Source: Lingula anatina (lineage: Eukaryota; Animalia; Brachiopoda). From it: a DNA stretch of 64,000 nt. Both the position numbers and the translations under genes were made by a program. Below, piece after piece: positions 27,401 to 43,222 of the stretch. A model generated the notes under the pieces. The model was not told the DNA's origin and did no database searches. It was given only the letters and a program-made list of their open reading frames with translations. Position 1 is the stretch's first letter. Every line of letters begins with the position of its first letter. The stretch is from NCBI GenBank assembly GCA_051362555.1, contig CM120644.1:2550954-2614953 (forward strand). Reading direction: 5' to 3'.

Positions 27401-28992
27401 TATAACTTGAAACGCAAATTCTGCATCAGTACGCAATTTTTTTTTTTTTCAAATTTGTAAGCTTATAACACCGTGCTATAAAGATCTACTCAAGAAAAAA
27501 ATTTGCTTGGGTAAAATTGAGTACGGAATGAACTGGAGACACTTGGCTTGTCATTAAGTTTACACGAAAATATGTCAGGTAACTTTATACTGTCTTTGAA
27601 AGAGTAAAGATTGAAAGATAATTTTAGACAAACTTTGACGGGGAAAATACCTACAAAGAGTAATGGGCTATTTCGCCAACATCTTGTTGAAAATTTTACA
27701 CTGCAATTCTATTCAAATAAGCTAAGGAACTAATTGCCAAATTAATACTCTCATCACATAACAGGGGGGTAACCAGACCTGCAAAAATTGTACGCACATA
27801 TTTAAAAAGATTACAAGCACATACAGCAAAATGTAGACTTACGCAAAACATGAAGGACAGCGTAATCACAGCAAATGTACCTCATATAGTAGCTTAATTT
27901 CCATTAATAATAAAATCATCATTTAAGTCAAAAATATTCTTGCGATTTAATAACTATTTTAATTTTCCCAGAACGGTATATTTATTTTAAAGGCGGTTAA
28001 CTGAAATATAGTTTTATGATTTGTTTGTGAAAATTGCCCATGTCACCCTGTTAGTTTGGAGGTCTAAGCTGGATCAAGTCCGTGTTAAAATTCCTCTGAA
28101 GTTGTGCAGGAAAAATTCTTCCTTTCTTTCTCTAGCTCCTCGATAAACCTGGTGTTCAGATTTTATCTAGTACCCCCAGGTCTACGGGAGCTGCGCTTTG
28201 TAACTAACGCACAGGTAGATTTTTACCTGAGATAACTGGAGTAAAGCTTAGATAGAGAGTGCGTTCGGTACAAGCAAGACAAATTGAATGCCATTTAACC
28301 CTCTAATTAAGAGGTAAAGGAAGTTCCAGTTAGATGGATGATTAAGATAGGACTTGTAAAGGTAACGGGCATTGTTTACCTCAGTTTAATAAAAGTATGC
28401 AAGACGGAGTGTCAGCGGTTTAATAAAATAAATTGAATTTCACAAATAACATGGACCTCATATGCAATAATCAACATTTCCCTTAACTCATTCAAATGCA
28501 GTGTTTTATACAACTTGGGATAACCATAATGAAATGCTTGTTAAAGAAATGACTAGACGGGAAATGGTTTTACACAGCTTCACGAGGATTTAGACCCCTC
28601 GGGTAAGAGATTTGAATGAGTATAAACTTTTATCAGAAGCCAGAGAAGTCATCTTACAGGTAGACAATGCAGCTCAGTTTGACAGCTAAGCACGCTCTGT
28701 TCTCCAGTGGCTCGATTGTCGTCATTGGACCACGTGACCACGTAGCTCATTAACTCCCAGGCCGAGCAAATAGGACGTTTTTTAAAGCCAAAAATTTACA
28801 AAATGAGCTTTTAATTTGTGTATTTGGATAAAGATATCGTTAGTTGGGCATGTTTTCTGAAGAATATGTTCCGTTCAGGCCATTCTGACGGCATGAAGCA
28901 AACCCTTTAAATACTTCACAGATAAAGAGGCCTACTAATATATTATCTCATTGCTCATTTAAACTGTCACCTGAACCATCATAAAAATGGTG

Positions 28993-29026
<34 letters not shown>

Positions 29027-30191
29027 TATAATAATTCTGGACTATAAACTTACCAAAAATATATTTGTAAATGTCTTTATTCTTTCTGTGGTAAATTTGC
29101 AATCTTCTAGAACTGAGCTACAAAAGAAATACAAAAATCAGTTTAACCTCCTTTTGGGCTGTTCAATTTAATTTGTCTGCAACACATTACTGGGTTAAAA
29201 TCATCCGAAATGCATTATGTATCCAAAAATTAGAATGTCCTTTACATTTATCATTCAGTATTTTTAAATGAAAGTGTATCATTCAAAAATAATACTTTGC
29301 AAAGAAAAAGTCTAAGACTATGTTAAAGACAAATACATTCTTAATAAATTGTCTTGTGTAAATATATAAAATGCCTTAATTACAATTAACTGAAGAGAAA
29401 ATATTTATCTAAAACCCCTATTAACCTTATATTGGAACTATCGGCATTGTTCTTGGCACATTCTAAGGAAAATGTCATTAAAGCTGCATAAGCTTCCTTG
29501 AGGCTGGCTTTGTCTACTGAGCCAAACTTGTCTGCTGAAATAATGAGAACAAAGGATTAAATCAGAGAATTTACATCCAATAATACATATTTTTTATTTG
29601 CACCAGTCTAAAATATAAAAGGCAAGTTCATTTAACAATGACTGCAAACACATCTAATAATCAAGAGAAAAATAGATAATAATAATCAATATGTTATCTA
29701 CTTCCCTAGGTACTTCTAACCCCCCCCCCCCTAAAAAAAAAATGCAAACAGAAGATGCTATAGGCATTACTAACTAAGTAACTTAAAACTTGCATGTCAT
29801 ATATGTAATTATTTCATACATGTGTACAGCAAATACAATGAAGAGTTAAGCATGCTCCCATGACTAGTAAATATATATTTAAACACATTGTTAATTCATC
29901 GATTAAAATGGCCAGGAGACATTGATCTACACTGTATTTCAGACTCCAGATTAGTGTCACTGTCACTGTCACTGTGTCAGTGTTAAACTTAAAGTTGGCA
30001 AGTTCGGGTCAGGGGGTGTGAACGGCACCCCTTGACAACACCTGTATACCTATCTGTAACTCCCCGCCGTTCTCTCTGTTCAACAGATCGTCACACACAC
30101 TTTCTACCAAAGCACCAAAGACACTGTCCGGGATGTGAGCACTGTCCCCGGACAACTGAAGTCCGTCGGTCACTTCCGTACTCAACTCCAT
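24425..30191 (-). CDS. COMMD3: COMM domain-containing protein 3 (8 exons, 195 aa)
   Basis: Exons: 30191-30050, 29534-29426, 29117-29054, 26337-26303, 26025-25965, 25309-25253, 24924-24865, 24484-24425. All introns are GT-AG with matching phases, total 588 nt. The protein MELSTEVTDGLQLSGD...SVLEDCKFTTERI...PHIVDVDWRLDYYIK...FACTMEQLQDLVGKLKDATKSLEKASQM matches COMMD3 motifs. The ORF track misses most of it. Confidence 0.95.
24623..25833. repeat. Two diverged direct copies (~140 bp) in COMMD3 introns 7 and 5
   Basis: AGTAAAGCAAGACAAA...GTGTCAAACAT...GTCTTTGTC...TGAAGTGAGACAATTTTTTAA...TTAACAAAAT occurs at ~24623-24762 and ~25694-25833. Confidence 0.85.
26453..28906. mobile_element. Degenerate Kolobok-type DNA transposon in COMMD3 intron 3
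   Basis: Termini TTAA|AGG...CCT|TTAA with imperfect TIRs (AGGACAATGTTCATG / CATGAAGCAAACCCT). An inverted subterminal block, GGTCACGTGGT..TGACGACAATC..AACTGAGCTGCAT, sits at 26635-26695 and 28667-28739. A THAP-like start MPRCVAVG(F) begins at 26757. Confidence 0.65.
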
Positions 30192-30377
30192 CCTTCTCCA
30201 ACTCGTGACCTTCACCACGGGGAAGTCTTCTTTAAAAAGAGGTTAAAAATTTAGCTCTTTTGCTTGAGAAGTCCAGTAACGTGTAGTTTATTTTGTTGAT
30301 GTTTTAATCTCTGGATGGAAAAGTGAATTCAGCTTTTATTGTGACAAAATCCGTTACGTTTTAGTATTTTCAACGAA
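30192..30377. promoter_or_regulatory. Compact bidirectional promoter between COMMD3 and the zinc-finger gene
   Basis: Only 186 bp separate the two divergent start codons (30191 minus, 30378 plus). Confidence 0.7.
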
Positions 30378-31361
30378 ATGGGAAAACGGATAAAGGTACC
30401 AGTAAAAGGCGGCGACGTTAGAATTATCTTCAATGAGCTCGCATTGACTAAATTTCTAGATGTGTTGTCGATCTTTTCAACATCAACGACCGAACCAAGG
30501 TTATCGCCAACTAATTATGCTTCAAGTTCTAAATATGAACAGTCTGACATTTTAACAAGGTATCCATCTAGTGTGATTAAAGTTCAGAGACACTCTGATG
30601 ACAGCGTTAGTCTGGAGATACCAGGCGGTATGCTGGAGCACGAGGAAGATAAATTGGTCTGTGATTTGCGACAAAGAAAATGGAGTACCTGTATTTGTAA
30701 CGACCTCATTGCTGACGCTGAGGCCGAGAAAGACACGGCCAGTACAACACCGTCACCCACAGAAACAGAAGCGGTCACTGTCATTGAGCCAATGGCCAAA
30801 TATTCTGAACCCAAAATGGTAACGCAAATAAAACCTGAGGTGGACTCTGAAAAAGAACTGGAAAAGGAAACAGAACACTCGTCAAGTAAACAGCTCATAG
30901 TTACACACACTGCTACTGCCAATGGTGTGAAAACTGACACTGAAATTCAGCACAACACTGACCTACTGGGTACTGCCAGGAATGAGAAACAGAGCTCTGA
31001 AGACCAAAATCCTATTGAGATTGTTAGTAAAACCTTTCCTATTTATACTAGTAGACAGAATCTTGGTCTACAGGGTAATAGCGATCCAGTCAAAACTGCT
31101 GTTGTGATCTCAGACATTGCACCATTTGCTCACAGATATGGCACCAGAAGGAAAGCAGCAGTGCTCCATACTAGGACTACAAAAGGTATTCTCCCCATTG
31201 TTATAATGGTAATGCCATTAATATTCCCGACTTCAGATAGAAAGCTTGTGAATTAATACTTGAGAATATGCTCGTGTACTATACTAGTAGGTAATTACTT
31301 CATAAATATGAATTCAAACTTTGGTATAACAAGCTTTAAGTTACACTTATATTATGCAGTG

Positions 31362-31396
<35 letters not shown>

Positions 31397-31821
31397 CTTT
31401 TTCCCAGTGGTTAAGAAAGTAAACCCCAGACAGAGTCAGAAAGGAGGAGAAAATTCAAGTCGCCCAGTGAAGCCAACAAAATCAGTTCAATGTAAACTGT
31501 GTACAAAGAGCTGCAAACATCTGGAGGCGTTAAACTTCCACAACCAGCGTTACCATCAGGACCATCCCCAATATGAAGAGTATGAAAGAGAAATAAAAGA
31601 ACAGCTCAATCTGAAATGTCACATTTGTGGAAAGACTTTCAGCATGCGTCGAATCTTTCAGACCCACTTGAAGCAAGCACATGTTCCAAAAGAGTTGTGT
31701 GGACAACACAAGTGCAGAGAGTGCGGGAAGACATACCGCAGAGAGGATTTACTGGAGGCTCATATTCAAAGAGTTCATGTTGTGGACAGGTTTGTGTCAT
31801 TCTATTTAGAGTTTTGGCAAC

Positions 31822-31858
<37 letters not shown>

Positions 31859-33464
31859 CAGTACATACTGTACGTCATGATACGGTACATCATACATGAA
31901 ACAATACAATAATACAATAATAAAACTGTACGTCATAATATGGAACATAATACATGGAACAAAAAAAGGATGATGTTTTTGTAAAATGTAATTTTGATAT
32001 TTTAAAAGAGCTGATACTTGTTTTATGTATTAAACACATTTTTAATGGTTTACTGTAAGGCATCAATGTATTATTTGAAGAATTAGAGTGTTTTTTATTT
32101 TATTTTTTTTCGATTACAGGCACCTGTGTCATCTCTGTGTCAAGTCATTTAAAACCAAACAGTCTATGAAGGAACTCATTAATGACTGTCATCTGATGAA
32201 GAGACAGTTCCAATGTGGTATCTGCTACAAGGTGCTGGCATCATCAAGGGTTCTGAGACGACATCTAGCTTTGCATTCAGGTAAGTAAATACACAGCAGT
32301 TTTATGTAACCAGGTGGCCTCAGAGATAGTCATCAATTGCTGATATTACCAATAGATTATCTTAACCTGTGATAGACTTGAGTTAGTTCATTCACTGTAT
32401 ATCCAGTAGAATTTAAACTGATTAGTATATGCTGTGATCATGACAGTTTAGTTATAAATTTATAAAAGATGTGGTACTGTATTTTTAGGTGAAAACTTCC
32501 TGCAACAAGATAATTTGGGTGGTTTCGTTTGAGAATATTTCAGCAAATGTTATCGGATTGTGACTTTTAAATTAAAATTCCTATCTGACAATGTTCGTGA
32601 ATTGGACCGTGACCTAGTGTAATCAGAAAACCTGCCCTTGAAATAGAAAGGGAAATTTATTTCAAATTCGACACTTAAAAAAATCATTATATGTTCTTAT
32701 TGTATATTTCAGGTAAGAAACCTCACGCCTGCCCTGAGTGTGGCAAGAGTTTCAACTGCAAGCAGAACATGCGCCGTCACCGCAGCTTGGTCCATGGAGA
32801 AACCAAACAAATCCCGTGTTCCAAGTGCGGCAAAACGTTTCGCTCTGAGGACTCCATGAAAGCGCACGTGCGCAAAATCCACGAGCACGCGAGCGCGTAC
32901 AAGTGTCCACTTTGCAGCGTTGCACTCCACCGACGAACGCAGTACGTCAGTCACATGGAGAAGAAGCACCCTGGGAGCACAAGGCGAGTGTATGTGACTG
33001 ATCCGCAGGGTGCTTTAAAAAGCATAAATGTGGAGACAGGGGACGGGTTTCGCATCGTTAATAGTGATGCCTGGAGAATGGAGAAAGAGGGAGAGGAGGG
33101 AGGGAGGTGTGGTCAAGATGGCAGCGAGGACGAGGAAGAGACGGAGGCGCATATCACATTACCAGATCTCACCCCAGTGTTCGGGTTTAAGCCTCACTTC
33201 ATGACCCTGGAGCAGTACCAGAATCTACAGGCACAGAAAGCTGCTCTGACTGCCGGGGAAAAGACTGGGAGCGGCAGTTCAACGAATAAAGTGGTCCCAC
33301 ATGCTGAAACTGGGATAGAGGAAAACGCGTCTCTCATCACTCAAAAATATGGCAAGGATGGGGTGATAATTGTTGCCAGCCCCAGCAACCAAGTAACTAG
33401 TATTAAAGAAAAAGGCGAACTTGTTAAATTGGTCTATATTCCAAAAGACAACTCGGCGTTATAG
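30378..33464 (+). CDS. C2H2 zinc-finger protein (4 exons, about 700 aa, 8 fingers, one degenerate)
   Basis: Exons: 30378-31185, 31408-31789, 32120-32280, 32713-33464; GT-AG, phases 1/2/1, total 2103 nt. Fingers include CHICGKTFSMRRIFQTHLKQAH and CPECGKSFNCKQNMRRHRSLVH, with the linker HSGKKPHAC. Confidence 0.88.
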
Positions 33465-34554
33465 TGTCGGCTTGGTGTTGTTATGATATATTCATAGCTT
33501 CTGACATGCTACTAAGTTGTTTTGGAATATTTTGATATTTCGTTGCTATAATTCGCTCGCTAGCGGTCAGCATAGCACAAAACATCGGTGTAATATGTGA
33601 TGTTCTGATTCAAATAAATATAATTTTATCCAAGTTTAAATAAGTTTAATTAGCTTCGTTACTTGTCTACTAACTTTTTTCTTTTTCTATTTTTGTACGG
33701 TTATATAAGCATGCATATGATGACAAGGGCACCTAAGACTTGACAAATTAAAGTAAATTCCATTTGTAATTTCTGGTTCATCGACCGATATTGAAAACGG
33801 CATTTTATTACTGCAGTAAATGTGTATTTTTATTACTGTTTTTTATTCCCTGCAGCCGAAGACGAAAACTCAGCCAAAATTTGGGAAAGACCGACATAAG
33901 CTAAGAAAAATATGGTTGCAGTTCCCTGACCACCCCATTTTTTCAAATATTTTATTCGCTGCCTCATTTTCAACACTCTTACATTTTAACAACATGTTTA
34001 CAATGTGTAAAAAGACGCCAGCGCTCTTTGCAGGTAGACATCTAACCATGTTTTTTAAAGAATTAGGTCACAGCTCATAAGTTGTACGTGTAGTAGGTCA
34101 CTGAGTTTCGCTGTATAGGCCAGCAGGAAAGGAGGCGTATTCAGCCATATTGTTGTCGACACTTTCCTGCAAAGCTACGATATAAGCCTACTAAGGTTTG
34201 TATAACGACAGGTATATTTTATGGACTTGTAAACCTGACACTGCCTCGATGTTCACCTTGTAGGTCTATATTAACTTTAATTTTTAACCTTAGATGTCTG
34301 GTCTCTGGCGTTTATCGTTGTATGTAACCAGTTGTATTCGGTAGGCTACATGGCAGTGCTATTTCAATTATTGGGTCTGGGGTTATCACTTATTTGTTGC
34401 CGAATTGTAAATTAAAGTATATTGCAGCCCATGCTGCAATAACTAGCTCAAGGAGTGCCTTGGATGGTAGGTAATCCTTAGCTTTTTTCTATGTATTGAC
34501 ATGAAATACACGGAGTAATACACTTTCCGCATTCGTCGTCTCAGATGTGGTCTT

Positions 34555-34769
34555 AGACCCCATTCCCACAGATTTTAGATCGATCTATCCCCGTGGGGAG
34601 TCTCTCTAGATTACTGTCAGCTTGGAGGGTTTAAATCTCTGTCCCGCCTACTAAAAGCTGTAAGGGGGTAATTAACGTCCGTGCGCGGTCGGCTGACAGC
34701 AATTTAGCGTGAACCCCCAGGTAGTTAGGTCGATCTAGTTGGATCGATCTGAATCTCTGGGAATGCGCT
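34555..34769. mobile_element. ~210-bp MITE, copy 1 (upstream of the PIP CDS)
   Basis: TIR CATTCCCACAGATTTTAGATCGATC / GATCGATCTGAATCTCTGGGAATG. The body is closely similar to 47931-48144. Confidence 0.85.
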
Positions 34770-35377
34770 TTTAAATATGCCATGTACACCATGTTTACTT
34801 GTGCCCCGATGTAAGTAAGCAGCAGAAGGCTCACGTACACTAATGTTCTTTTACCTGGGCTTAAATAGTCGCATGCATGTTTTCGCCAAAAAAATTAATT
34901 GATGGACTTAAAATGCCGCGCAGGTATCTCGTTGATCGTATTAACATGTTTTATGGCGCGGAGGTCGTTAAAGATTGAACATTTATACCCTGTTGGAGAT
35001 ATTATTGCCAGAGTTAATTTAGTACACCGTTCAAATATTTCATATTTTTGCCGCTTTTGTCCAAGTCTGATAATTCTCTTTACGCGTTTATAATTTCCAA
35101 CCATTTTTTTTTTTTGCTTTTCTTACTTTTTTTATTCAGCGAGGACCTCACAAGAATAACAGTCTATTTTTCAGACGGATAGCATTTAGTTATTAAATGT
35201 TTTTGATTGGACACGTGTTGAATAATACATGTAATAATTTTCAGTTAAATCGATGTTCTTTAAAACATCAATAAATAACTGCATGCTATGTTGTAAAATG
35301 TACACTAAAAATTCGCATGGATCGTAATGCTTGAACCAGAGTTTTCGATATTTTGGCAGTGTACTTGCAATTGAAGC

Positions 35378-40650
<5,273 letters not shown>

Positions 40651-42087
40651 CCAGGAAAATGGTGACACTGACAGTCACTTGAAATATTCTGTAATCAAGG
40701 TCGATGACTTGTAGCCGTATTGAACATATAATCAGCCTTTCAGACACTTACTCAGTCAGTTTCAGCACTGTTGAGTGACGGTTCAACAAATACCTCTCTT
40801 TTACAATTAAAAGAATCTATTTTTACACGAAAAATCGCATGCAGTTGTAAAGCTGAGAATCAGGCGTACGCATGACCAGTAGTTTGGAAATAAGATTGGT
40901 ATTGTAATCACCTTTTCCTTGTAGTTGGCTCGTTCTTTTCCTCGGTTGGAATGACTAGAATAATGAGTTTCTTATTGGAACCTGGTTTTGATTACTAAGA
41001 TAAAATAGTCATTTTTGTGATAAAAATGTGCAGAAAAGTTGTTTCTTTTGAATAAAATGCCAATATTGTATAAAATCCGTTTCCCGCTTCTGCCAGGACA
41101 TGCATTTGCATATTATTAATAGAAATTTTGAAAAACGATTACTTGTTTTTGGAATATGTATTTATCTACCTATGCGTATAAATGTCGATTACCTAGCCTT
41201 TTATGTCTTTTAAGTATAAGCGCATAGAACCAAATCTGATGGATATACCATTGATTTGCCCCTATATAGACCTCATAGACAAGCTAGCTACATTTAGGCC
41301 TATTGGGGGGGGGGGGGGGGGGGGGGGGAGGGGGGGTTCGTACGGAAAACGCCCGTAAACTAATATCTTCAACTTAACTAAACTTGCTCCACCTTTTTAT
41401 AACAGAAATCATATATCTTGAAGGTGAGGACACTGTCACACCTAGCGTATAGCTCTAACGTATGTGGAAAATTTGCGCATACGCAGACAAACGCAATGCG
41501 TTCGTTATTCTTGTGTCGTACACGCAGGCAAACGTTGGTGTACCGTCGATTCGCATACCCGGAGGAGATGGAATATTTTGAATATGTTCAACAACAATTT
41601 TATGAGTAGCTTATATCTTCGTTTTAATACGCTTAAAACAGGGTGAATTTTTCCTGCGCTCAGTGTTGTGCTTACAACCGATGTCACTCACATAAGAACT
41701 TCATTTCTACTACTCTACGCCAGATGTGCCAGTCTTAAGAAATGTTAGAACGCTCTTACGTAGATCCCTAAGTAGTTCATCTGCAGAGACTATATTACAT
41801 TTATTCACGCTTTTCATCGAGGTCTAATGACTGTTGGACATTCCGCGTTAAAGCCTTACCGTCAAATTAGAGACACTTATGTTACAGTCACTTTTATGGT
41901 TCGGCGAGACTGGCGACCAAAATGTGCGTTTCTTGATAAGCGACTCCGGTGAACTTTTGAACCGAGGACAGAGTATCAAACGTATAGCACTGATGCATGA
42001 CCTATAAATGATAACTTTGGTATTCGATTTACAACTTCTCGATCTGCGGCACTCCATTTATCATACGGGACACCAGCCTTTGGGACA

Positions 42088-43188
42088 ATGGCGTTCCAAC
42101 AACCTAAACTAAACGAAGACGTGACCAAGGGGCGTTTTAAGGGACATGTCGCGGTCGTCACCGGTGGAGCGTCCGGTATCGCCAGGGAGTGCGTCCGGCG
42201 GTTCGCTAACGACGGGGCATCGGTGGCCTTTTTCGATATCAACAGAGAAGAAGGTGTTAAGTACGAGGAAGAATTACGAAGTGAGGGGTATGACGTCACG
42301 TTCTTTGACGTCGACGTCACTGATAAAGAACGATGCATGACGACAGTGGAGACCATTGCACAGCAGCACGGTGGCAGTGTCAATTACTTGGTCAACTGTG
42401 CTGTGCAGTTTGTATTTATAGGTTTGTAGATGAAGTGTATCTTGTGGAATTGGCCTGTGTTGTCAATGTGTTCTTCATACTGAGATAACGCTATTTGTTA
42501 TAGCTGAATCTGAAATGTGGTAAACTTGGCCAAACATTTGTTAATTAATTTATTCATTAATTTATCTATTTATTGATTGATTAATCAATTAATCAGTAAT
42601 TAATAAGTAATTAATTAATTAGTACTTAATTAATTAATTTATTTATTTATTTTTCGTGCATTTGCTGAAACACATTTAAAAATTAAATTTAAAATGGCAA
42701 ATTGAATGAAATATGACCACTGAAGCTTTTATCAACAAACCAGAACGTGCTTTGATTTAAGAAGAACTGTTCCTGATCCTGAAATGTTTAACAGTTAAAT
42801 TTTCTATTTGTTAATTGCATTTGAAATATCTAAAGCCAACTGGTTTTCAAACAACCAGGTTTAGAGGCAAAAGACGCCGACTGGGAGAAAGCACTTCCCG
42901 TCAACGTGGCTGGTTACGCCAATATGGTGCAGGCATGTCACCCTCACATGAAGAAAGGTACGTAAAAATTACCTGATGTTGACATGGCAACAAGATGTAA
43001 AAGCTTACGATTTTCATTTGTAAGTAAGTCCTGAGTTTTAATGTTCCAGTAACATAATGCCAGTTAATTCCATCCCGAGTTAGATTCAGAGGACAATGAA
43101 AATCTGACTCTCAGCTATATGCATCTGATGCATGCCTCTGTCGTTTCCAATGGCAGACTGAAACAGTTCTGCGAGAGGGCAGACCTCC

Positions 43189-43222
<34 letters not shown>

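Noticed and set aside
34294-34466. Possible upstream PIP exon encoding a targeting peptide (MSGLWRLSLYVTSCIR...)
   Set aside because: All frames contain stops, the phase does not match the acceptors at 35359 or 35376, and an in-frame TGA precedes ATG 35378. At most it is a 5' UTR exon with uORFs.
40750-40780. Iron-responsive-element-like CAGTGC loop near the PIP 3' UTR
   Set aside because: It is on the antisense strand and the 5-bp upper stem does not pair.
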